Assembly: GCA_050014495.1 (NCBI GenBank)
Contig: JBEKDF010000034.1
Span: forward strand, 1-32,743
Length of the DNA: 32,743 nucleotides
Reading direction: 5' to 3'
Origin: Candidatus Bathyarchaeia archaeon
GTDB taxonomy: Archaea > Thermoproteota > Bathyarchaeia > TCS64
Shown: positions 1 to 8,763 of the stretch, piece by piece
Numbering within the stretch: position 1 is the first letter of the stretch
Layout: each line of letters starts with the position of its first letter
The notes under the pieces: model-generated
The model's database searches: none
Seen by the model: the letters and a program-made list of their open reading frames with translations, nothing else
What the model was told of the DNA's origin: nothing
Program-made: the position numbers and the translations under genes

Positions 1-21
1 TGGAAGTGAGGATAAGGCTAT
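1..21 (+). repeat. GGATAAG junction site, arm type A (TGGAAGTGAGGATAAGGCTAT), cut by window edge
   Basis: Identical to the last 21 nt of the 13672-13697 copy; contains the stop codon of the 18..242 ORF. Confidence 0.85.
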
Positions 22-582
22 TCACTCTTGAACAACGATGGGAAAGCCCTCTCCCAGCTCCCCTTCTCATAGTAAATCATGTTCCCTCTATAGCTAGAAT
101 CTACTCTGTACATCATTTTCGCCACCTCAAGGGCAAGGTACTCAAAGTCAGCGTAGTAGAGGCTACTGATCCTTGACCTCTTATTAGCATCCATAATAGG
201 CTTGAACTTAGCCCAGGTATGGGGCACCGCCGTGTTACTCACTGCCCACAGAGTCTTGATCTATCACCCCTGATCGGTATTGAGAACCGAGAAGCTCACA
301 CGAGTTCCATATGGCGTTCCTCTTAGCGTAGTACTCAGGGTTTGTCTTTGGTCCATACTTTTCGTTGAAGTCTTCTGGTTCGCTCCATTCGGCTGCCATA
401 ACATCAAGCCATCTTCGGCCTCCTTCTTCTGATATGAAGGTCTGCATCAGTGTTGATGCGAGTGAGGCTCTCCTGTTTCTAGTTGTCTCCCTCAGGTTCA
501 GGATGTAGTAGAATGCTGCTATGCAGACGCCGATCGCGGCTGCTACCCATGACACCGGCTGTAACAAGCTAAGGTCTACCAA
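18..582 (-). pseudogene. Frameshifted DUF4760-like membrane-anchored protein (paralog of 649..1197)
   Basis: ORFs 235..582 and 18..242 join into one ~190 aa protein (..GVID/IKTLWAVSNTAVPHTWAKFKP..) if a frameshift near 258-262 is corrected; the two halves resemble the N- and C-halves of the neighbouring gene. Confidence 0.7.
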
Positions 583-602
583 ACAAGTTCACGAATAACA
601 CT

Positions 603-627
603 CAGGTGGAAATGGGGATAAGGCTAT
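603..627 (+). repeat. GGATAAG junction site, type A (CAGGTGGAAATGGGGATAAGGCTAT)
   Basis: 23/25 identical to 13673-13697; lies between two paralogous genes. Confidence 0.85.
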
Positions 628-648
628 GGAAGATGTAAACACAAACAA

Positions 649-1197
649 CTAACCCTTGAACTCATCAGGCACCCTGATCTTCAACTCGGGATGCTCCCTA
701 CCATATTCCACCACCCTCTTTGCGAGATATTCCTGCTCAATACCGTACCTCGGGAAGTCCCAAGCCTCCCTACACTTCAGTATGCCCTGACCGAACTTTT
801 CCCACCACGTAAGAATAGTGCCCGAGCAGAGCTCGGATACTAGCCTGACATCGACGAGGTTCTCCCTCACAAGGACACCCATTCCCTCCAAGTGCATACC
901 AAGAGCGTAGAATGAGTCCCTGAGTTCATCATTCTTGACCATCTCATCGAAGTCTTTCACCTCGTGGAGATTCAATCCCATCGCAATATTATGTGCAGAA
1001 AGAAACTCCTTGGTGGCCTCAGTCCTATATATGTCCATAAAGAGCTGAGCTTGTCTCGTTTCAAGGGTCTGTTCCTGGGATCTCGCGGCGATTTGCTGTG
1101 TCTTCATGTTGATTCTGAGTGTGAACATGTAGTAGACTGCTGCCACGGTCACACTTACTGCGGTAACCAATACGCCAATCGTCTGAACGTCAATCAT
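649..1197 (-). CDS. DUF4760-like protein with N-terminal TM helix
   Basis: 182 aa; N-terminal TM (IGVLVTAVSVTVAAVYY), ETRQAQLFMDIY and EGMGVLVRENLVD segments; family name recalled, not searched. Confidence 0.7.
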   Translation of the reverse strand: MIDVQTIGVLVTAVSVTVAAVYYMFTLRINMKTQQIAARSQEQTLETRQAQLFMDIYRTEATKEFLSAHNIAMGLNLHEVKDFDEMVKNDELRDSFYALGMHLEGMGVLVRENLVDVRLVSELCSGTILTWWEKFGQGILKCREAWDFPRYGIEQEYLAKRVVEYGREHPELKIRVPDEFKG

Positions 1198-1342
1198 TCA
1201 CAAGTCACTGGTTAGAGTCAGGTGGAAGTTTCCCCTCTCCTATACTCTCCTTAATATAACTCTCTATAGGTCTCAACAAACAAACACACACGAGAAATCA
1301 CGTACATATTTTGCAACAACTGCGCGATCACGTAGTTGAGGA

Positions 1343-3136
1343 TTAGAAGATTAGCAGCCAGGCGACGAAGATAATCAACGTCACTACGAAGAGCGTCGCC
1401 CAGAAACGCTTGCTGTAGTCAAAGATGTCCTTCCCGCTCATCGGGGAGATAGGGAAGGTACCGAAGAAGGAGCCAATGACGCACATAGACAGGCCCGCGT
1501 CCCCGACGGCTACATAGCCTCTCCTCAGCAGGATGAAGAATAACCCAGCGAAGGCCAGGCTGATGAGGATCTCAGCCGAGGAGGCGATTGCGCCCAGCTT
1601 ATCCGTGTATTTTTTGGAGTGCAGGCTCCGCGTCGGCGAAGAGAATGGTACTCTGAAGGCTAGCGTAGTTGAGAGGAAGAGGATGAGGCCCAGCGGCCAA
1701 ATCGTGTGCTCGCTCCAGACGCCTCTGCTCCGCAGGTACACTATGGAGAAGAACTTCTGGATGAATCCGACGAGTATGCTCGTGAGGAGGAAGACGGGCA
1801 ACAGTTGCCATATCTGGCTGAGTGTATCGACTTTCACATATGAGAAGGCGAAAGTAAGAACGACGATAGAGGTAATGTAGGCTAGTATCTCGATTTTAGT
1901 CGGCGCAAAGATCGACCCGGTCTTTTCCTCAGCGTCGACCTCGGTTCTAGAGGAGACTACTTCCTCGAGCCATTGCTTCACATTGTCCGGTAATATGTCC
2001 TTTAGCTTTTCACCCAGGCTGCTCAACGGGTTGCTTATGGAGGCAAAGATCAGCGAAGCTGCCCCCATTACCGCAGCGGTTATGCCGACCGCTTCGACGG
2101 CGTTCGCCGGCTTTGGGGCCCAGAGCTGTTGCAGTAGGCCCGATGAGCCTCCCGTGTTACCAGTTGGAGGCGTAGTTGTGTTGGTGGAATCTGATACGAC
2201 TGAAAGTGTGCCTTCGCCATAGTTGGTTACGATTATCTCGCCCTTGGCCGAATCATAGGCTGCGCCGTAGGGCTTACTCCCCACGATCACCGTAGCCACT
2301 ACGGCGTTTGAGTTATCCGATATTACTGAGACCGAGCCGGAGTTTCTGTTGACCGCGAATACCTCACCCTTACCTGGGTCATAAACCATGGGCCCTGGGC
2401 CGGCTCCTACGGTTACCGTGGCTACGACCGCTTTAGTGCTGTCAGATATCACCGACACGGTGTCTGAGACCGAGTTGGCTATGAATACCTCGCCCTTCGC
2501 GGAATCATATGCAACCCCTAGGGGACCGCTCCCAACGGACACGGTTGAAACCACCTGATTGCTGCTATCGGATATGACGGAGACAGAGCGGGAGTAAGAG
2601 TTGGCAACGTAGATCTCCCCCGTTACCGAGTCGTAGCCCAAGTCATAGGGAGTGGATCCGACGGTCACCGTCGCCACGACGGCGTTTGTGCTGTCCGATG
2701 TGATAGAGACGGTGTTATCGCCGGAGTTGGCTACGAATATCTCTCCCTTGGCTGAATCGTAGGCGAATGATGAGGGTGAGACCCCAACGGGTATGGTTGC
2801 CACGACCGTATTTGTCTGGTCAGATATCACCGAGACCGAGTTGGATCCGTAGTTGGCGACGAAGATCTCGCCTTTGACAGAATCGTAGATGTCCCTGTAG
2901 GGCTGCTGCCCCACGTTGACCGTCGCGAGCACCGCGTAGTTGCTGTCTGATAACACCAGAACGGTGCCGGCGGCGGAGTTGACCACGAATATCTCGCCCT
3001 TGGCCGAATCATAGGCTACGCCCCATGGAGAACCCCCCACCGTTACCGTAGAGTCAGCGTGAACCGTGAGAAATGCTGAGAAAGCGAAGACCGAGATGAA
3101 TATGAAGACTAAAAGCTTCCAAAGTTTCTTGCCCAT
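1343..3136 (-). CDS. YVTN/YncE beta-propeller surface protein with C-terminal multi-TM domain (degenerate M50-like)
   Basis: Signal peptide; ~7 repeats of ~42 aa (YDSAKGEIFVAN..SVSVISD..VVATVTVG); Thr/Pro/Gly linker; C-terminal TM helices. Confidence 0.85.
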   Translation of the reverse strand: MGKKLWKLLVFIFISVFAFSAFLTVHADSTVTVGGSPWGVAYDSAKGEIFVVNSAAGTVLVLSDSNYAVLATVNVGQQPYRDIYDSVKGEIFVANYGSNSVSVISDQTNTVVATIPVGVSPSSFAYDSAKGEIFVANSGDNTVSITSDSTNAVVATVTVGSTPYDLGYDSVTGEIYVANSYSRSVSVISDSSNQVVSTVSVGSGPLGVAYDSAKGEVFIANSVSDTVSVISDSTKAVVATVTVGAGPGPMVYDPGKGEVFAVNRNSGSVSVISDNSNAVVATVIVGSKPYGAAYDSAKGEIIVTNYGEGTLSVVSDSTNTTTPPTGNTGGSSGLLQQLWAPKPANAVEAVGITAAVMGAASLIFASISNPLSSLGEKLKDILPDNVKQWLEEVVSSRTEVDAEEKTGSIFAPTKIEILAYITSIVVLTFAFSYVKVDTLSQIWQLLPVFLLTSILVGFIQKFFSIVYLRSRGVWSEHTIWPLGLILFLSTTLAFRVPFSSPTRSLHSKKYTDKLGAIASSAEILISLAFAGLFFILLRRGYVAVGDAGLSMCVIGSFFGTFPISPMSGKDIFDYSKRFWATLFVVTLIIFVAWLLIF

Positions 3137-3324
3137 AGAAAACCACCCAACAGTTCCAGTTAATTGAGCGGTATTTTCAACTTTAAATTTAAAACTTGCG
3201 TGTCACGTGTCCTAGAATCACAACTTTTTACTTAAAATCTCGAAATAATTGGGCCTATTAACGTGTGAACATGCTACGGTTTTATATATCATTTGAAGCG
3301 CTACCGTTGGTTAGGTGTCTTAGA

Positions 3325-3537
3325 ATGGTTGAAAAGATGGATACTTCAGACAAAAACAAACAGCAGGCAAAGCTTCTGCTTGCGGTCGGCATAGTCCTAG
3401 CGATCATCGGAGTACTAGAATTTGAGGTCCCAGGTATGCCGTTTCGCGGCTCGGGTATAGGCACAATCTGTCTTTTTTTAGGCGCATTGCTCCTAGCTGT
3501 CGGTTATGTGAGACTTAATTCAAAGGCCACAAAGTGA
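3325..3537 (+). CDS. Small two-TM membrane protein
   Basis: Two hydrophobic helices; ATG at 3325 after GGTG preferred over 3265. Confidence 0.6.
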   Translation: MVEKMDTSDKNKQQAKLLLAVGIVLAIIGVLEFEVPGMPFRGSGIGTICLFLGALLLAVGYVRLNSKATK

Positions 3538-3601
3538 GTTCTAATCCAAAGACTCCGTCATTTTTTTACGCCAATTTACGCGCTCGCGCGCGTATGGATA
3601 A

Positions 3602-3910
3602 TTAATTCATCCTTTTTTCGATCAAATAAACTTCGATTATGCATATTGCCAGAGCGATGTCTAGCGCCAGGTTACCCAAATAGATCGCAAAGTAGGACTG
3701 CTCAGATTGGGCTATGTGAACGAGAGCGATCTGAGCAATTGACATACCTGACGTACCCATAATAGCTGGCCCTAAACCACCTGAGCCGAGGATCATGTAA
3801 ACATCTTCCTCGGAGACCGAGTTATCCACGACGACGAAGATCCTCTGAATAGGCAGCGTGATGAATAGTTACCCCACCAACACGAGCAATAAGAAAGGGT
3901 AGATCTTCAT
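3602..3910 (-). pseudogene. Membrane protein with premature stop
   Basis: ATG at 3910 (MKIYPFLLLVLVG*LFITLPIQRIF..) is in frame with ORF 3602..3829; TAA at 3869-3871; starts 2 nt after the stop of 3913..4311. Confidence 0.55.
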
Positions 3911-3912
3911 CG

Positions 3913-4311
3913 CTAGATTCCCCATACTAGCCTCGAAGTTAAGGGTATCAGAACGATGAACTCCACGAATACGATTAATTCGTAGTAGAGGAGCACCTTC
4001 GACTCATACCATCTTTTCCTAAGACTAACAAGAGAATAGAGGAAAGCGACTCCGATGAGAATGAGTCCAATCTTGATATTCAGACTAGTTGATTGAACGA
4101 ATAAATAGTAATACCAAGAAGGTGGGCCATCAAAGTCAGGTCCCCATGGTCCGCTGAAATACATTAGGAATAGTATCAGGATCTCGGTAAGAATAATGTG
4201 TACCCAGCGGTACTTCGTTAGCACCTTATACCCGACTATTGCTGGGGTGAGGATTATGGAGAGACCAATTATGGGTCCAACAATGGTATTCAGTACATAA
4301 TTTACCATCAA
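3913..4311 (-). CDS. Hypothetical 4-TM membrane protein
   Basis: 132 aa with four hydrophobic segments. Confidence 0.65.
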   Translation of the reverse strand: MMVNYVLNTIVGPIIGLSIILTPAIVGYKVLTKYRWVHIILTEILILFLMYFSGPWGPDFDGPPSWYYYLFVQSTSLNIKIGLILIGVAFLYSLVSLRKRWYESKVLLYYELIVFVEFIVLIPLTSRLVWGI

Positions 4312-4369
4312 CTTTCAGATGGGTCTATAACATATTAAGCGTTGACCTAACAAGGTTGTATGTTTGTTC

Positions 4370-4586
4370 GTCCGTCTGTTTGTTTGGTTGTTTCCCTTTC
4401 GTCCTAGAGAGAGTGGGAGAGAGTATGAGAGAGAAGAAAAGGGTTTAGGTTTGGGCCATAGTCTTATCACACACACTTGCTTCTTTATGCTTACGCTCAT
4501 ACGTACGTAACTATCTTATCCTTTCCCTTTACTCTTCAATACTCCCCCCTACTCTCCCTACGGACCAACATAAACAAACAACGGAC
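4370..4586. repeat. Imperfect long inverted repeat enclosing two GATAAG-type sites
   Basis: 4370-4450 approximates the reverse complement of 4520-4586; ATAGTCTTATC at 4458-4468 and ATCTTATCC at 4513-4521 lie inside. Confidence 0.55.
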
Positions 4587-4640
4587 CAGCATCAAAGTTA
4601 ATGTGAATATAAATTGAGTACGCGTGTCCTTGTGAGAATC

Positions 4641-5867
4641 TTAATAGACTCCGTACTTCTTCACAGCGTCCATTAAAGCTTTCACGTTCTCGGGCTTTGA
4701 TGATGGTGGGATGGGCACCGCTGGGCTCAGTATGAACCCGCCGCCCTGCTTGACCTCGTCGAACAGGTCTTTGACGTAGGAGTCGACCTTGGCAGGTGTT
4801 GTGAGGAATAGTGAGGCTGGAGGGCCTCCCACGATGCATGAGTGTTCGCCTATCAGTCGCTTCGCCTTGGATAGGTCCGTCTTCTCGAATCGTGAGATGG
4901 TCTTGCCTTTGGGTAGCTCGAGTATGGTTTCGAGGTGTGCGTTGTGCTGCCCCTCGTAGAAAATCTCGGGGATTATGCCGAGTCTTATGAGCTCGTTTAT
5001 CACTTCCTTTAGGGTTGGCCAGTAGAACTCTTTGTATTGCTTAGGTGAGAAGTACTCGTTCAGGTGCAGCGGTATGAATTGGATCGTGCCTGGGGGCGAG
5101 GATCTGGCTGAGATTCTTGCCATTTCGATGATGATGCCCTTCATGGCTTCGGCTGCCTGTTTAACCTTGTCAGGTTGCCTGTAACAGTCAAGTAGGACGT
5201 TCTTGAGGTCTCTCATGAAGTCGCCGATAAAGTCGAGGGGCGCATACGACATGCCTTCGGTGAAGCCTGCAAATCCATAGTCCCTCAGCTTCTGCCTAAG
5301 CATTAATGATGCGTCCACGCTTCTTCTATACTCGATTCCCCACCTGTATAGTGCGGACATGGCTTTCGCGGAACAGGGTTTCTCTAGGCTCCTGAGTGAC
5401 CGCGGGAGGAGCTTCTCCGCGATAAACCTCTTTGGGTCGTCGATGAATTGGTCGTACTCATCTGCCTTCATGTACTCCTCACCGATGAATTGGAATGGTG
5501 AGTCGATGGGGAGTTCCCTACCTGGGAACCTTGCGTATCTTACACCCAGGATATCGTGGATGGGTCCGTTGACGAAGCTAGGGGCCAGTCCATCGTACTC
5601 GCCTATGAAGGCGAGGGTTAGTGGTAGGGCACCGAGGGAGTACATCGCGCCTCCGGTGTCGTATCCGAAGTCTATTGCAGTTTTGACGACGGCTTCTTGG
5701 GCCTTATCATAGTCGTAGAGAAACTCATAGCTTGTTATCCCGGCGTATCTGGCTGCGAAGTAACCATAGCTCTCAATGAGCGGCACTCTGTCGGGTTCCT
5801 TTAACTGGACTGCTCGGCTTATCCTATCCTTTCGCTGCTTGTAGAGTTCTTCAAAATCTTCACTCAT
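4641..5867 (-). CDS. Uroporphyrinogen decarboxylase-family protein (corrinoid methyltransferase-like)
   Basis: EPDRVP N-terminus, SPKQYKEFYWP, and GGFILSP..IPP..KPENVKAL C-terminus typical of the URO-D/MtaA fold. Confidence 0.85.
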   Translation of the reverse strand: MSEDFEELYKQRKDRISRAVQLKEPDRVPLIESYGYFAARYAGITSYEFLYDYDKAQEAVVKTAIDFGYDTGGAMYSLGALPLTLAFIGEYDGLAPSFVNGPIHDILGVRYARFPGRELPIDSPFQFIGEEYMKADEYDQFIDDPKRFIAEKLLPRSLRSLEKPCSAKAMSALYRWGIEYRRSVDASLMLRQKLRDYGFAGFTEGMSYAPLDFIGDFMRDLKNVLLDCYRQPDKVKQAAEAMKGIIIEMARISARSSPPGTIQFIPLHLNEYFSPKQYKEFYWPTLKEVINELIRLGIIPEIFYEGQHNAHLETILELPKGKTISRFEKTDLSKAKRLIGEHSCIVGGPPASLFLTTPAKVDSYVKDLFDEVKQGGGFILSPAVPIPPSSKPENVKALMDAVKKYGVY

Positions 5868-6504
5868 TCTCTTTACTCCTCATCAGCTCTATACACATCT
5901 TCACGCCCTGAGAAGCATTGTCAGTGTAGGCGTCGGGTTTGATGTACTCCGCGGCGTTTCTCTCGAGCCTGCCTCCTCCGATGATGATCCTTGTTTTATC
6001 CCTGAGTCCCGCCTCGGCGATGGCGTCCACGGTTTTCTTCATATCCTCGATGGAGGTGCTGAGTAGGCAGCTCATGCCTACGATGTTCGGGCTGTGAGCT
6101 CTGATCGCATCGACGAACCTAGAGGGAGGTACATCCACACCGAGGTCAATAACATCGAAACCCTCCACTTCAAGGAGAGCAGTGAAGATGTTCTTACCAA
6201 TATCGTGGATATCGCCCTCAACAGTTCCTATGACCACCTTTCCCCTGGCTTCTGAGGCTGAGCCGCTAAAATAGGGTCTTATCTGCTCCGTCACTTCCTT
6301 GAAGATCTCAGCCGCCATGATCATATCGGAGAGGAAAAACTCATATCTCTCGAAGCGCTCCCCCACGGCGAGCATCCCTTTTCTACACTCTTCCATTATC
6401 TTTACAGGGTTCACGCCGGCATCTAACATCGATTTGACTAGCTGGCGTGTAGCGGATTCATCAAGGTTCAGGAAGGCGTCAATGATATTATCCTGGGTAG
6501 GCAC
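5860..6504 (-). CDS. Cobalamin-binding corrinoid protein
   Basis: DxHxxG motif (GDIHDIGKN), DLGVDVP, GMSCLL and IIGGG; overlaps the downstream gene by 8 nt. Confidence 0.92.
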   Translation of the reverse strand: MPTQDNIIDAFLNLDESATRQLVKSMLDAGVNPVKIMEECRKGMLAVGERFERYEFFLSDMIMAAEIFKEVTEQIRPYFSGSASEARGKVVIGTVEGDIHDIGKNIFTALLEVEGFDVIDLGVDVPPSRFVDAIRAHSPNIVGMSCLLSTSIEDMKKTVDAIAEAGLRDKTRIIIGGGRLERNAAEYIKPDAYTDNASQGVKMCIELMRSKENE

Positions 6505-6545
6505 AACAGGATGTTCTCATACTTGGTTAAAAATTGCGTGTGTGT

Positions 6546-6574
6546 GGGCCATTGTCTTATCCCCCAACCCAAAA
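6546..6574 (-). repeat. GGATAAG junction site, type B
   Basis: Reverse complement TTTTGGGTTGGGGGATAAGACAATGGCCC. Confidence 0.8.
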
Positions 6575-6705
6575 ACACGGCGCATACATTTGTATTCGAC
6601 TCGAGTTCAGAGATTACAATTGTAAATGTCCACAATTAATAGATAATTAACTCTACTCGACTCGGGGTGCGTGCGCACCCTGTGGATTGGAGGTTGAGTA
6701 GTTAG

Positions 6706-6975
6706 GTGTTATTAATACAGTACTTTGACTGGTTCGAAACAATGGAGAGCCTCAAGAAGTGGGATGAGGAGACCAAGAGAGTTTGCGCCCTCACTAAGGA
6801 CAAGTTGCTAGGTCGATACGGTGCAGCGAATAAAAAATACCACTGGTGCTACGTCTACGACATCAAGAACTATACTAAATGGGCTAATACTTACTTTAAG
6901 GAATTCAATAATCAAAGAGATTTAAATGTAATGAAGTACTACGAACTCGGGATGCTAGCTGATATGCCAGAGTAA
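6706..6975 (+). CDS. Small GYD/DUF3303-like (ferredoxin-like fold) protein
   Basis: 89 aa; GGAGGT RBS; followed by a T-tract; fold inferred from the beta-alpha-beta-beta-alpha-beta pattern. Confidence 0.6.
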   Translation: MLLIQYFDWFETMESLKKWDEETKRVCALTKDKLLGRYGAANKKYHWCYVYDIKNYTKWANTYFKEFNNQRDLNVMKYYELGMLADMPE

Positions 6976-7113
6976 AGAAGCCCTTTTTTTTCATATTCTC
7001 TATATTTCAAAAGTGTAATGTTGCGCGCGTACTAGTCCATCAAACATTTTTTATTCAAATATGGAAGAATCGATTGAGAACTTGTTAAAAAAAAATTAAG
7101 GAACGTATCACCA

Positions 7114-8364
7114 TTATGGCGTTGTAGTCCAGCTTATGGTCTTAGAGTATAAGTCATATGAGCCATACTGCATGTACCCAGATGTCCCATATCCAACGAT
7201 ATCCCAGTTGCCACTAACTCTATCACCGTACTTGTCCAGTTGGCACCAGCCACTGTATCCGAAGTATCTAGAGCTGTCGTCGATTAGTACCTTTTTAACA
7301 TCGTTGGCACCCGGAGTCATCCCGGTCCAAGTCGGTCTCGTCTCGATCACGGCTTGGGCGAGCATCCAGCCAGCATCTATCCAGCACGCTTCGCTGTAAC
7401 CCATCGGCCATCCCATAAGAGGATACCACGTTAAAGCCATGCCGTCGAACTTCGTGTTGTGTGGCTGCGCAGGGTTAGGGCTAAGTATCTTTAGTGCAGC
7501 TACATTTGGCTCTGTAAGGAATCCTGAATTGGCTGTTCCATCGGTACCGAACCAGAGTAGCCCCCAGAGATTTGGATAGTTAGTGGCAAAGTATGGACTG
7601 TTGAGTTCAGCGCAATCGGTGTCGTACGCGATAAGGAAGACCCCTACGCTCGAGAGTTTACCGGCTTCCGTATTTGCAGCTGTAAGGGCATTGATGAAAC
7701 TAGTTCCAGTTGTATCGGTTGGATCATATGTATAAGTGAATAAATTGCTGGATGAAAACGAGGGGGAGAACGTTCCTAATACCCCGCTTCCAAAGGTACC
7801 CACGCGTTCAATTACGATGGCGCTGGTCAACCCGAGATTCTTGAACATTGCTGCAACAATTGTGCCCTCCATAGAGGCATTTGGCATTAGCAAGAACAGA
7901 TTACCGTCCATCCCCGCTAAACTGGGGGCATTGGCAGTAGGGCTTATCATAACCATATTGTATTTATGTAGGATCGAGAGTGTACTAGCATCTATTTGGG
8001 ATGAGTACCAACCACCAATGATGAGGTTGATGCCCTCCTTATGGAATTTCACGAGTTGGGCATTAGACTCAACAAGATTGTCATCCCCTCCCATGCTTTC
8101 AACTTGGAACTCAAATTTGACTGGTGGGATGAACCTATAGTCGGGTAGTTTGGCGACGTACGCGTTGATGTCATTCTGGACAACGCCTGTATAGAGCGCA
8201 GTCTCGGCCGTTAAATAATAGTCATCCGATATGACCCCTATCTTAACTATTACTGGTTTGACCGCATTCGTTGTTACAGAGAAAACCGAGAAAAACGAGG
8301 TAACGAACAGTACAATCAGCAGGACCGCTAACACACCGGACTTCTTAACTCCTAACTTTTCCAT
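7114..8364 (-). CDS. ABC transporter substrate-binding protein, LIV-BP/type 1 family
   Basis: Signal/TM N-terminus; IIGGWYSS, MISPTANAPSL, WFGTDG and YFGYSGWCQLDKYGDR segments. Confidence 0.85.
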   Translation of the reverse strand: MEKLGVKKSGVLAVLLIVLFVTSFFSVFSVTTNAVKPVIVKIGVISDDYYLTAETALYTGVVQNDINAYVAKLPDYRFIPPVKFEFQVESMGGDDNLVESNAQLVKFHKEGINLIIGGWYSSQIDASTLSILHKYNMVMISPTANAPSLAGMDGNLFLLMPNASMEGTIVAAMFKNLGLTSAIVIERVGTFGSGVLGTFSPSFSSSNLFTYTYDPTDTTGTSFINALTAANTEAGKLSSVGVFLIAYDTDCAELNSPYFATNYPNLWGLLWFGTDGTANSGFLTEPNVAALKILSPNPAQPHNTKFDGMALTWYPLMGWPMGYSEACWIDAGWMLAQAVIETRPTWTGMTPGANDVKKVLIDDSSRYFGYSGWCQLDKYGDRVSGNWDIVGYGTSGYMQYGSYDLYSKTISWTTTP

Positions 8365-8393
8365 TCTTCATTTCACCTTTAGTTGATTCTTTC

Positions 8394-8657
8394 CTACTCC
8401 CCCACTGGGGAGCTGAGAATTAACCCGCGGTGCGCCTCAAGGACCTCACTCAGCTGCTCCTCTGATAGATCGACTCTGAGTGTACCGTTTACACCGATGA
8501 TCTCCAGGACATCGCCTTCGGCGATGGAAATCTTCGTCAGCTCCCCGAGGCTGCCCTCAAAGAGCACGCGGTCGTGGGCTTCGTTTGAGATAGAGATGTT
8601 CTTAATGTAAGCCTTGGACTTCATCTCGACTGAGAACGCGTGTTCCATATGCACCAC
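8394..8657 (-). CDS. Small hypothetical protein
   Basis: 87 aa (likely start MEHAFSV at 8648); coding-like composition. Confidence 0.65.
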   Translation of the reverse strand: MVHMEHAFSVEMKSKAYIKNISISNEAHDRVLFEGSLGELTKISIAEGDVLEIIGVNGTLRVDLSEEQLSEVLEAHRGLILSSPVGE

Positions 8658-8669
8658 CCTTAGCGCACC

Positions 8670-8690
8670 GTGTCTTATCCTCAGTCAACC
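8670..8690 (-). repeat. GGATAAG junction site, degenerate type A
   Basis: Reverse complement GGTTGACTGAGGATAAGACAC. Confidence 0.6.
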
Positions 8691-8763
8691 GTAAGGCTAA
8701 ACTTAATATCTCATCTGCGAAGGATCAATACACCGAAAATTGGTTGATACACCCTAGGGAGGA

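Noticed and set aside
2200..3050. ~126-bp periodic nucleotide repeats as a DGR or non-coding array
   Set aside because: They are the in-frame YVTN propeller blades; no reverse transcriptase or adenine-specific variation is evident.
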